Positions 39,718 to 52,464 of a stretch of 58,562 nucleotides of DNA are shown here, piece after piece. The DNA is from an uncultured Ruminococcus sp. GTDB taxonomy: Bacteria > Bacillota > Clostridia > Oscillospirales > Acutalibacteraceae. Where the stretch lies: contig CADCAD010000009.1 in the NCBI GenBank assembly GCA_902799325.1, forward strand, positions 1-58,562, given 5' to 3'. The notes beneath the pieces were generated by a model, which was given only the letters and a program-made list of their open reading frames with translations, was not told the origin of the DNA and made no database searches. Numbering within the stretch: position 1 is the stretch's first letter; each line of letters starts with the position of its first letter. The position numbers were made by a program, and so were the translations under genes.

Positions 39718-39984
39718 TTAACCTACCTGAGCGTTTGCTGTATCGCCGAAGAAGTTGAATCTGAAAAGCTTGCTTTCGTCATTCTTGTTTTCGCAGAAGA
39801 TGCTCGCCTCGGCGATTTTTCCGCCCTCAATCAGCTTGGTCAAGCCAACCAGCTGGCAAAGCTTGGATCTGAGGTTGAGTCTGTCGCCTTCGTTGGTCAC
39901 AAGATATACGTTGCCTTCGCAGGTATCAAGCACGGCGAGGAACTCGGTTACATCAATATCGTGTAAGTTCAGGATGGGTGTCAT
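39718..39984 (-). CDS. Small hypothetical protein, HPr-like
   Basis: AAGGAGG RBS; CEGNVYLVTNEGDRLNLRS resembles the HPr Ser46 region; no obvious His15 motif. Confidence 0.65.
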   Translation of the reverse strand: MTPILNLHDIDVTEFLAVLDTCEGNVYLVTNEGDRLNLRSKLCQLVGLTKLIEGGKIAEASIFCENKNDESKLFRFNFFGDTANAQVG

Positions 39985-40168
39985 AAGCTTCCTCCTTTAA
40001 TTCATTTGATCAGCTCAGTGAATTGCGGAGCCGACCGATAAACATCGTGCGCCATTTACCATTTGGCAAATCATGATTTTTTATCGACCTTGTATTATTC
40101 AGTTTTTACTCGAGTAAGCTTAAAGAATAAGCCGACACGTCAAGCGGACTATTGACTTGACACTCTCT

Positions 40169-40196
40169 ATTATACTCAGCTTTTCGGAAAAGTCAA
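40169..40196 (-). promoter_or_regulatory. SigA-type promoter defining a ~175-nt leader
   Basis: TTGACT-16-TATAAT. Confidence 0.65.
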
Positions 40197-40516
40197 CAAT
40201 TATTTGGATTTATATTTGTTCACTCTGCTATTTTGATGTCGGTTTTCGCCAACTATAGAGCCTATATTTTGTGCAGTTTGACCGCTTATTGCTTTTAGAG
40301 AATATTGTTTGTCAAATTTTTAACAAATAATTTAGCGATTCTCACCAACTTCCCTCCCCTTTGCCGAAAATCTGCGTGATGATTTGCCAAACTTGATTTT
40401 TCCGTCTTTTCCCGCTGCCGCCCATCCCGGCATATTTTGGCTTGTGTATTGACGATTTCGGGGTTTGCGGCTATAATAGGAAGGATGAAACACCATGTTT
40501 TGGAAAGGGGATTTTT

Positions 40517-42019
40517 ATGTTAAACGAGTTTTTCAGGCAGTTTAAAAGCGGCACCGACATCCGCGGCGTCGCTGTGGAAGGCGTTGAGGGACAGCACATC
40601 AACCTCACGGACGAGGTTGTGCGCAAAATGGCGGACGGCTTTGTGCTGTGGCTCGCCAAAAAGGTAGACAAAGCCCCCGACGCGCTCAAAATTTCCGTCG
40701 GCAGGGACAGCCGCGTTTCGGGGCCTCACATGATGGCGCTGTGCACCGAGCAATTTCAGAAGGCAGGCGCCAAGGTGCTGTGCTGCGGACTGGCGTCCAC
40801 CCCGTCGATGTTTATGACCACCGTTGACCTCGGCTGTGACGGTGCGCTGCAGCTGACCGCGAGTCACCATCCGTTCAACCGCAACGGTCTGAAATTCTTC
40901 ACGCGCGAGGGCGGTCTGGAGGGCAGCGATATCGAGGCAATCCTGACCTACGCGCAGGAGAGCGCACACCCTGAGGAAACAAGCGGCGGAAGCGTGACCG
41001 ACGTGGACTACATGACCGCCTACGCCGAGGGCTTGTGCGATAAAATCAAAAAGGAGGTCAACGCGGAGGACTATGACCATCCGCTCAAGGGCTTCCATAT
41101 CGTGGTGGATGCAGGCAACGGCGCCGGCGGCTTTTATGCCGACAAGGTGCTCGCCGTGCTGGGCGCCGACACCACCGGCAGCCGCTATCTGGAACCGGAC
41201 GGCATGTTTCCCAACCATGTGCCCAATCCCGAGGACGCCACGGCGATGGCTTCCATTTGCGAGGCGGTGCTGGAGAACAACGCCGATTTGGGCGTGATTT
41301 TCGACACCGACGTTGACCGCGGCGGTGCTGTGGACAGCAAGGGCAACGAAATCAACCGCAACCGTCTGGTGGCGGTCGCGGCGGCAATTGCGCTGGAGGG
41401 CAACAAAGGCGGCACCGTCGTCACCGACTCCATCACCTCGTCCGGCTTGAAAGCCTTTATTGAAGACAACCTCGGCGGCAAGCACTACCGCTACCGCAGG
41501 GGCTACAAAAATGTGATTGACAAGGCGCTGGAGCTAAACGCGCAGGACATCAACTGTCCGCTGGCGATTGAAACCTCCGGTCACGCGGCGATGCGCGAGA
41601 ACTACTTCCTCGACGACGGCGCGTATCTGTGCACCAAAATCATCATCAAGGCGGCGCAGCTCCGTCAGCAGGGCAAGGATTTAAGCGACTTGACCGCCGC
41701 GCTGAAGGAGCCGAAGGAGATCCGCGAAATCCGTTTTGCAATTACCGAAAAGGACTTCCGCGCCTGCGGCGAGCGGATTATTGCCGACCTGACCGCCTAT
41801 GCCGAGCAGCAACCCGGCTGGCAATTGGCGGACGACAACCGCGAGGGCGTGCGCGTATCCTTTGACAAGGACAACGGCGACGGCTGGTTTTTGCTGCGCC
41901 TTTCCGTGCACGATCCGATTATGCCGCTGAACATCGAAAGCGACAGCGAAGGCGGCGCGAACGTGATTTATCGTCAGCTCCGTCAGTTCTTGGAAACGAC
42001 CGACGGCTTGGCGCTTTAA
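40517..42019 (+). CDS. Phosphomannomutase/phosphoglucomutase
   Basis: SGTDIRG, TASHHP, FDTDVDR, IETSGH. Confidence 0.92.
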   Translation: MLNEFFRQFKSGTDIRGVAVEGVEGQHINLTDEVVRKMADGFVLWLAKKVDKAPDALKISVGRDSRVSGPHMMALCTEQFQKAGAKVLCCGLASTPSMFMTTVDLGCDGALQLTASHHPFNRNGLKFFTREGGLEGSDIEAILTYAQESAHPEETSGGSVTDVDYMTAYAEGLCDKIKKEVNAEDYDHPLKGFHIVVDAGNGAGGFYADKVLAVLGADTTGSRYLEPDGMFPNHVPNPEDATAMASICEAVLENNADLGVIFDTDVDRGGAVDSKGNEINRNRLVAVAAAIALEGNKGGTVVTDSITSSGLKAFIEDNLGGKHYRYRRGYKNVIDKALELNAQDINCPLAIETSGHAAMRENYFLDDGAYLCTKIIIKAAQLRQQGKDLSDLTAALKEPKEIREIRFAITEKDFRACGERIIADLTAYAEQQPGWQLADDNREGVRVSFDKDNGDGWFLLRLSVHDPIMPLNIESDSEGGANVIYRQLRQFLETTDGLAL

Positions 42020-42030
42020 AAGACTCACAT

Positions 42031-42067
42031 AAAAGCCGGAGCAAGGCATCTGCCCTGCTCCGGCTTT
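42031..42067. terminator. Terminator
   Basis: AAAGCCGGAGCA..TGCTCCGGCTTT. Confidence 0.75.
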
Positions 42068-42068
42068 A

Positions 42069-42115
42069 TACCAATCTTCATTAAAAAGTAGACAACTTTC
42101 TATCAGAGAGTAGTA
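42069..42115. repeat. Chimeric miniature element
   Basis: TTA-TACCAATCTTCATTAA (same as 9435) joined to AAAGTAGACAACTTTCTATCAGAGAG (same as 3197)-TAGTA-TTA. Confidence 0.65.
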
Positions 42116-42286
42116 TTAGTTTTGTTTCTTAACAATTTTGTACTCGTCATAGAGGCTGAAATAGTGACAGCTTTTGACGTTTTGGGTGAGAAACTTCTCC
42201 ATTTCGTCCTCGTCGAGGTTGACGTCGCAGTAGTCGCCGAACTCCTCGTCCGTGACATAGTGCGCGCACTGTTCACAGCAATCCAT
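42116..42286 (-). CDS. Small Cys-rich protein, DUF6472-like (56 aa)
   Basis: AGGAGG RBS; MDCCEQCAHY..YCDVNLDEDEM..CHYF..DEYKIVKKQN; not in the ORF track. Confidence 0.8.
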   Translation of the reverse strand: MDCCEQCAHYVTDEEFGDYCDVNLDEDEMEKFLTQNVKSCHYFSLYDEYKIVKKQN

Positions 42287-42295
42287 CGCAGCCTC

Positions 42296-42865
42296 CTATG
42301 CCTTGTATTTATTGTAGCCGAAGGGCTTGTAGCTGTCGAGCTGCTCAAGCACCTCGTCCACGCTTTGCGCTACGCTGTAGAGCCTGTGCACCTTGTCGCT
42401 CATAAAATGCTGCGCCACCGACTGCTCCATCATGTCAATCATGGGATCGTAAAAGCCGTTGGTGTTGAGCAGAATAATCGGCTTGTCGTGCCTGCCGAGC
42501 TGCTTGAGGGTGATGACCTCAAAGAACTCCTCCAGCGTGCCGATGCCGCCGGCGCAGATGACAAAGGCGTCGGATTTGTCCTCCATAACCGCCTTGCGCT
42601 CGCGCATGGTGGGCGTGAGCAGCAGCTCGCCGTAGTCCTGCACCAGCACGTTCATATCCACAAAAAAGTCGGGGCTGACGCCGATGAGCGTGCCGTTTTC
42701 AGCGCGGACACCGCGCGACACCGCACCCATGATGCCGTATCGTCCGGCGCCGTACACCACGCCGCAGCCGCGCGCGGCAAGCGCCCTTCCGAGCTCCTCG
42801 GCGGTGTCAAGATACGACCGCGCGATTATTTCGCTGGAGGAGCCGAACACACAGATTGTTTTCAT
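42296..42865 (-). CDS. LOG family nucleotide phosphoribohydrolase (TIGR00730)
   Basis: ICVFGSS, YGAG..GIMG, MRERK, GGIGTLEE. Confidence 0.9.
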   Translation of the reverse strand: MKTICVFGSSSEIIARSYLDTAEELGRALAARGCGVVYGAGRYGIMGAVSRGVRAENGTLIGVSPDFFVDMNVLVQDYGELLLTPTMRERKAVMEDKSDAFVICAGGIGTLEEFFEVITLKQLGRHDKPIILLNTNGFYDPMIDMMEQSVAQHFMSDKVHRLYSVAQSVDEVLEQLDSYKPFGYNKYKA

Positions 42866-42876
42866 TGCATACCCTT

Positions 42877-43467
42877 CTATTCGTAATTTCTAATCAGCGA
42901 AATCACCTTGCCGAGCAAAATGACCTCGTCCACAATAATCGGTTCAAAGCTGTCGTTTTCGGGCTGCAGGCGAAAGTGTCCGTGTTCCTTGTAAAAACGC
43001 TTCACCGTGGCGGAATCCTCCACCAGCGCAACGACGATTTCACCGTTTTCGGCAACCGGGGTGCGTTCAACGATGACGATGTCGTTGTCAAAAATGCCTG
43101 CCATAATCATACTTTCGCCCTGCACGCGCAGCGCAAACAGCTCTCTGCCGCGGCTGAGCTGCTCGGGCACCGGCACATAGCACTCCACGTCCTCAATGGC
43201 GACAATCGGGTTGCCTGCCGCAACCCTGCCCAAAACCGGCACGCTGGCGCTTTTTTCCTCGCCCGTGATGCGGATGCAGCGGTTCACGCCGTGCTCGCGC
43301 ACGATAAAGCCCTTTTCCTCGAGCGCACTGAGGTGGTGGTGCACAGTGGAGGTGGAGCTGAGGTTGACCTCCTCGCAAATTTCACGCACAGAGGGCACCC
43401 TGCCGTCCGCGGAACATTTTTTTAAATAATCCAAAATCTTTTGCTGACTTTTGCTTAACGGCTTCAT
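42877..43467 (-). CDS. lexA: SOS repressor
   Basis: PSVREIC..STSTVH, GRVAAG cleavage site, GESM, ATVKRF. Confidence 0.97.
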   Translation of the reverse strand: MKPLSKSQQKILDYLKKCSADGRVPSVREICEEVNLSSTSTVHHHLSALEEKGFIVREHGVNRCIRITGEEKSASVPVLGRVAAGNPIVAIEDVECYVPVPEQLSRGRELFALRVQGESMIMAGIFDNDIVIVERTPVAENGEIVVALVEDSATVKRFYKEHGHFRLQPENDSFEPIIVDEVILLGKVISLIRNYE

Positions 43468-43507
43468 AGAGCCACCGCCTTTTCAGGTTATTTCAAGCCT
43501 TTTTCTT

Positions 43508-43546
43508 ATTATAACACACTGTTCTCAAAAAATCAAACGTTTATTC
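43508..43546 (-). promoter_or_regulatory. lexA promoter with imperfect SOS boxes
   Basis: TTGATT-17-TATAAT; GAATaaacGTTT over -35 and GAACagtgTGTT in the spacer. Confidence 0.65.
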
Positions 43547-43700
43547 TAAGATTTTAAAATTTTTTCGCTGCTTTTCTAAGCGGACGCACCTGCAACGTGA
43601 TAAAAAGCTTTGAAGGCGTTTTATCGGAAATTAATCTAAAAATTCAAAACAATTTCATCTTCATTTCACACAACCGTCATATTCATCGTGTTTAATAATA

Positions 43701-43846
43701 GTGTACTCAAAAGACGGGAACCGCAACCGTCGAGTACATTGTTCTACCCTCCTCATTCCGAGCCGACGCAGAGGCTCGGATGTATACCCCTCATTTTTTA
43801 CAGACAAACAAAGCGCCGTGTACCGAAAGGTATGCGGCGTTTTGTT
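43701..43846 (+). ncRNA. Candidate small RNA
   Basis: Three hairpins separated by C-rich linkers; the last is a plus-strand terminator with no plus-strand gene upstream. Confidence 0.55.
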
Positions 43847-43894
43847 GTTGCATGCGTTCCGGGCGGCTTTGCCGGAAACGCTTTCTGTCAATGC

Positions 43895-43924
43895 AAAAAG
43901 CTCCGTGAAAAATCACGGAGCTTT
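43895..43924 (-). terminator. rpoBC terminator
   Basis: AAAGCTCCGTGA-tttt-TCACGGAGCTTTTT on the minus strand. Confidence 0.85.
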
Positions 43925-43932
43925 CATGCTAT

Positions 43933-47562
<3,630 letters not shown>

Positions 47563-47574
47563 GAAACTTCCTCC

Positions 47575-50500
47575 TTATAATTCGTCTGAGCCAAAGTCGT
47601 CGAAGATGTCGAAGCCGTCGTCCTCTTCGTCGGAAAGCGAGTCGTCAAACATGTTGTCCTCCTCGCCGCCCTCGTCGAGGGTGTAGCCGTCCATAGAGGT
47701 CATGATGCTGTCCTCGTCAAAATCGGAGGCGGTTGCATCGACAAGATCCTCGTCCTCGTCAAACTTCTGCTTGATGTCAATTTCTTCGCCCTTCTGGTCG
47801 AGCACGCGCACGTCGAGCGACAGCGACTGCAGCTCCTTAATCAATACACGGAAGGACTCGGGAATACCCGGGGTGGGGATGTTCTGACCTTTTACGATTG
47901 CCTCATAGGTCTTGACACGGCCGACAACGTCGTCCGACTTGACGGTCAGAATTTCCTGCAGGGTGTAAGCGGCGCCGTAAGCCTCCAGCGCCCAAACCTC
48001 CATTTCACCGAAACGCTGTCCGCCGAACTGCGCTTTACCGCCCAGCGGCTGCTGCGTAACGAGTGAGTAGGGGCCTGTGCTTCTGGCGTGGATTTTTTCG
48101 TCAACCAGGTGATGCAGCTTTAAGTAGTACATGTAGCCGACGGTGACCGGGTTGTCAAAGCGTTCGCCGGTTCTGCCGTCAATCAGCCAAGTTTTGCCGT
48201 TTTCGTTGTAGCCTGCGTCCTTGAGCGCGGCAAAGATGTCGTCCTCGTGGGCGCCGTCGAATACCGGCGTCATAATCTTCCAGCCAAGCGCCTTGGCGGC
48301 GTAGCCGAGGTGAACCTCGAGCACCTGACCGATGTTCATACGGGAAGGTACGCCCAAGGGGTTGAGCACGATGTCAAGCGGTGTGCCGTCGGGCAGGAAG
48401 GGCATATCCTCCACGGGGAGAATACGCGAAACAACACCCTTGTTGCCGTGGCGGCCCGCCATTTTGTCGCCGACGCTGATTTTGCGCTTGAGCGCCAAAT
48501 AGACGCGGACAACCTTGTTGACGCCGGGCTGCAGCTCGTTGCGGCTGTCGGCACGGGTGAACACCTTGACATCGACAACGGTGCCCTGTTCGCCGTGGGG
48601 AACGCGCAGGGAGGTGTCGCGCACCTCGCGCGCCTTTTCGCCGAAGATGGCGCGCAGCAGGCGCTCCTCGGCAGTCAGCTCGGTTTCACCCTTCGGGGTT
48701 ACCTTGCCGACCAAAATATCGCCTGCCTTGACCTCGGAGCCGATCTGGATGATGCCGTCCTCGTCAAGGTATTTCAGCATGTCGTCGCCCACGTTGGGAA
48801 TGTCGCGGGTGATTTCCTCGGGGCCGAGCTTGGTGTCTCTTGCCTCGGTGTCATATTCCTCGATGTGAATCGAGGTGTAAACGTCGTCGCGCACGATTTT
48901 TTCGTTGAGCAGAACGGCGTCCTCGTAGTTGTAGCCTTCCCAGGTCATGAAGCCGATGAGGGCGTTTTTGCCCAGCGCGATTTCGCCGTTGTCGGTTGCG
49001 GGGCCGTCGGCGAGCACCTCGCCCTTCTTCACGCGCTGACCGCGCGAAACGATGGGCTTCTGGTTGAAGCAGGTGCCCTGGTTGGAGCGCAGGAACTTGA
49101 TGACCTCGTAGTCCTTGACGGTGCCGTTGTCGTACTGCACGCGGATGTTGCGCGCGTCAACGCTCATGACGATACCGTCGTCCTCGGCGAGAATACACAC
49201 GCCGGAGTCGGTGCCTGCCTTGTACTCCATGCCGGTGCCGACGATGGGCGCCTGCGACTGGAGCAGCGGAACAGCCTGACGCTGCATGTTCGCGCCCATC
49301 AGTGCGCGGTTGGCATCGTCGTTTTCAAGGAAGGGAATCATAGCCGTCGCCACGGATACAACCATCTTAGGCGATACGTCCATGTAGTCAAAACGGGAAG
49401 CAGGAAGCTCCACGAACTCATCGCGGTAACGTCCTACGACTCTGGAATGAACAAATCTGCCGTTTTCGTCGAGCGGCTCATTCGCCTGGGCAACATAGTA
49501 GTTGTCCTCGACGTCAGCAGTCATGTAAACCACTTCATCGGTGACGACGCCGGTTTCCTTGTTGATTTTGCGGAAGGGCGCCTCGATGAAGCCGTACTTG
49601 TTGATTTTGGCGAAGGACGCGAGGTAGGAAATCAAGCCGATGTTCGGTCCTTCAGGGGTTTCGATAGGACACATGCGTCCGTAGTGGGTGTAGTGAACGT
49701 CGCGCACCTCAAATCCGGCGCGGTCACGGGACAGACCGCCGGGGCCCAGCGCGGAAAGACGGCGCTTGTGCGTCAGCTCGGCAAGCGGGTTGGTTTGATC
49801 CATGAACTGTGACAGCGGCGAGGAGCCGAAGAACTCCTTGATGGCCGCGGTGACGGGACGGATGTTGATGAGCGAGTTGGGAGAGAGCGTGTCCATGTCC
49901 TGCGACTGGGTGGTCATTCTCTCACGCACCACGCGCTCCAGACGGGAGAAGCCGATGCGGAACTGATTCTGCAGCAGCTCGCCCACACAGCGGATGCGGC
50001 GGTTGCCCAAGTTATCGATATCATCTGTGTTGCCCACGCCGTGCGCAACGCAGTTGAGGTAGTTGATGGTGGCGAAGATGTCCTCCACGGTGATGTGGTT
50101 GGGCACCAGCTCGTCGGCGTGCTCGCGCAGCAACTCCTTGAGCTCGTCCGTGTTCTGCGCAGCGTCAAGCAGCTCGCACAGCACATCAAAGGCAACGTTT
50201 TCGCGGATGCCGCACTCAGCCTCAGCGTCGAAGTCAACATACTTGGAGATATCGACCATGGTGTTGGAAATCACCTTGACAACGGTGTCGTCCTCCGCCT
50301 TGACATAGGCGATCTTGACGCCGGCGTTCTCGATTTCGAGCGCCTTTTCCTTGCTGATTTTTTCATCGCGGAGCGCCATGACCTCGCCGGTGCGCGGATT
50401 GGCAATCGGCTCGGTGATGACTCTGCCGGCAAGGCGGTTTGCCATGCCGAGCTTTTTGTTGTATTTATATCTGCCGACGCGCGACATATCGTAGCGGTTG

Positions 50501-51291
50501 GGATCGAAGAACAGGTTGTTGATGTGCGTCTGGGCGCTGTCAACCGTGGGAGGCTCCGACGGACGCAGCTTTTTGTAGACCTCAATCAAGCCCTCCTCGA
50601 TGTTGTGCGCCTGATCCTTTTCGATGGTCGCCTTCATGCGCTCGTCGTCGCCGAAGAAGTCGAGAATCTCGGCGTCGGTTCCCATACCCAGCGCGCGGAT
50701 AAAGGAGGTGACGGGCAGCTTGCGGTTTTTATCGATGCGGACATAGAACACGTCGTTGACGTCGGTTTCGTACTCCAGCCATGCGCCGCGGTTCGGGATG
50801 ACGGTGGTGGAATAGAGCTCCTTACCGGTTTTGTCGTGATCCATCTTATAGTAAACGCCGGGAGAACGCACCAACTGAGATACGATAACGCGCTCGGCGC
50901 CGTTGATGACAAAGGTGCCGCTGGGCGTCATCAGGGGGAAATCGCCCATAAAGACGTTGCTTTCCTTGATTTCACCCGTGGATTTATTGAGCAGACGCGC
51001 GGTGACGCGCAGCGCGGCGGAATAGGTGGCGTCGCGCACCTTGCACTCGATAACGCTGTAGTTGGGGTGGTCAACATCGAGGGTGTAGTCGATGAAGTCA
51101 AGCACCAGGTTGTCCTGATAATCGGTGATGCCCGACACGTCCTTGAACACTTCCTTCAGACCTTCCTCAAGGAACCATCTGTAGGACTCTTTTTGCACCT
51201 CGATGAGGTTTGGCATGTCGATGACTTCATCAATCTTGCCAAAGCTCATACGCTCGGTGTTGCCGAGTTTTACGGGCTTTACATTTACCAT
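47575..51291 (-). CDS. rpoB: RNA polymerase beta subunit
   Basis: [31 protein letters not shown]; start reset to MVNVKP. Confidence 0.99.
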   Translation of the reverse strand: MVNVKPVKLGNTERMSFGKIDEVIDMPNLIEVQKESYRWFLEEGLKEVFKDVSGITDYQDNLVLDFIDYTLDVDHPNYSVIECKVRDATYSAALRVTARLLNKSTGEIKESNVFMGDFPLMTPSGTFVINGAERVIVSQLVRSPGVYYKMDHDKTGKELYSTTVIPNRGAWLEYETDVNDVFYVRIDKNRKLPVTSFIRALGMGTDAEILDFFGDDERMKATIEKDQAHNIEEGLIEVYKKLRPSEPPTVDSAQTHINNLFFDPNRYDMSRVGRYKYNKKLGMANRLAGRVITEPIANPRTGEVMALRDEKISKEKALEIENAGVKIAYVKAEDDTVVKVISNTMVDISKYVDFDAEAECGIRENVAFDVLCELLDAAQNTDELKELLREHADELVPNHITVEDIFATINYLNCVAHGVGNTDDIDNLGNRRIRCVGELLQNQFRIGFSRLERVVRERMTTQSQDMDTLSPNSLINIRPVTAAIKEFFGSSPLSQFMDQTNPLAELTHKRRLSALGPGGLSRDRAGFEVRDVHYTHYGRMCPIETPEGPNIGLISYLASFAKINKYGFIEAPFRKINKETGVVTDEVVYMTADVEDNYYVAQANEPLDENGRFVHSRVVGRYRDEFVELPASRFDYMDVSPKMVVSVATAMIPFLENDDANRALMGANMQRQAVPLLQSQAPIVGTGMEYKAGTDSGVCILAEDDGIVMSVDARNIRVQYDNGTVKDYEVIKFLRSNQGTCFNQKPIVSRGQRVKKGEVLADGPATDNGEIALGKNALIGFMTWEGYNYEDAVLLNEKIVRDDVYTSIHIEEYDTEARDTKLGPEEITRDIPNVGDDMLKYLDEDGIIQIGSEVKAGDILVGKVTPKGETELTAEERLLRAIFGEKAREVRDTSLRVPHGEQGTVVDVKVFTRADSRNELQPGVNKVVRVYLALKRKISVGDKMAGRHGNKGVVSRILPVEDMPFLPDGTPLDIVLNPLGVPSRMNIGQVLEVHLGYAAKALGWKIMTPVFDGAHEDDIFAALKDAGYNENGKTWLIDGRTGERFDNPVTVGYMYYLKLHHLVDEKIHARSTGPYSLVTQQPLGGKAQFGGQRFGEMEVWALEAYGAAYTLQEILTVKSDDVVGRVKTYEAIVKGQNIPTPGIPESFRVLIKELQSLSLDVRVLDQKGEEIDIKQKFDEDEDLVDATASDFDEDSIMTSMDGYTLDEGGEEDNMFDDSLSDEEDDGFDIFDDFGSDEL

Positions 51292-51497
51292 AGGCAAATC
51301 ACTCCTTCTTTGATTGGGCGGCGGCGTGCCGCCTTGGTCGGTGGATGGGCAAAACATACAAAAGCCGCAAAAAAATTTCAAACAAATTGTATCTTGACAG
51401 ATAGAGGATTTTATGTTAATATCCCCTTGTTAAAGATATTTTTTTGCGATAGTTCCGCATGCTTTCGGCGCATACCCCCATTATGGTACATTATACT

Positions 51498-51526
51498 ATT
51501 CTACGCCCCCGTAGGGCTTTTGTCAA
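51498..51526 (-). promoter_or_regulatory. rpoBC promoter
   Basis: TTGACA-17-TAGAAT. Confidence 0.7.
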
Positions 51527-51715
51527 GTGTTTTTTACAAAACTTTTACAATTTTTTAACAGTTAGTGCTCCAAAGGAAATTTTCTCCCTTGGAGCTTCTT
51601 TTCAGCCATAAAAGGAACGCGCGGCGGCGTGTACGGATTTGCTCATTTCCGCGCCGACAAAAAGGCTCTTGCCGAAACGGGTATAAGGTGGTATAATAGA
51701 AGCGGAGATGATAGA

Positions 51716-52249
51716 ATGAACACGGAAATTTATAATCAGGCAAAGCAGGCGGCGGAAGAAATCATTCAAATTGCCGGGCTGCGTCAGGGCAATATTTTAG
51801 TTGTCGGCTGCTCCTCCAGCGAGGTTGCCGGCGGCGTTATCGGACACAATTCCAGCTTGGAAACCGCCGAGGCGGTGTTCGGCGGCATTTATGAAGCGGC
51901 AAGCGCCAAGGGCGTGTATGTGGCAGCGCAGTGCTGCGAGCACCTCAACCGCGCCATCTGCGTAGAGCGCGCGGCGGTGCCGGGCGCAGAGATTGTCTGC
52001 GTGGTGCCCCAGCCGAAGGCAGGCGGCTCGTTCGCCACCACCGCCTACCGCACCTTTCGGGAGCCCGTCATGCTGGAGGAAATCAAGGCGGACGCCGGGT
52101 TGGACATCGGCGGCACGCTGATTGGCATGCACCTCAAGCGCGTAGCCGTGCCGGTCAGACTCAGCCTTGACCACATCGGCAGCGCTATTTTGCTCGCCGC
52201 GAGAACCCGACCGAAATACATCGGCGGCGAACGCGCAAAATATGAATAA
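51716..52249 (+). CDS. TIGR01440/UPF0340 (YwlG-like) protein
   Basis: VGCSSSEV, QCCEHLNRA, AGGSFAT, DIGGTLIGMH, RTRPKYIGGERA. Confidence 0.9.
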   Translation: MNTEIYNQAKQAAEEIIQIAGLRQGNILVVGCSSSEVAGGVIGHNSSLETAEAVFGGIYEAASAKGVYVAAQCCEHLNRAICVERAAVPGAEIVCVVPQPKAGGSFATTAYRTFREPVMLEEIKADAGLDIGGTLIGMHLKRVAVPVRLSLDHIGSAILLAARTRPKYIGGERAKYE

Positions 52250-52464
52250 AATGCGTAAGGCGTAATGCGTAATGATAAACAATAGGACTGACACAATCCC
52301 AAACGGAGGATTGTGTCAGTCCTTTGCTGTTTTGTTGTATTATACGAAGAATGATGGATAATGCGGCAAAGCCGCCATTTTTCATTTTCCAATTTCCATT
52401 TTCCATTACAATCATTCCACTCTAAAAAAGAGCCGCCCCGAAGGACGGCTCTTATCATTTTATC

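Noticed and set aside
49740-49835. RpoB rifampicin region reads SSPLSQ instead of SSQLSQ
   Set aside because: Probably a lineage-wide variant; the main resistance positions (D, H, S) look wild type
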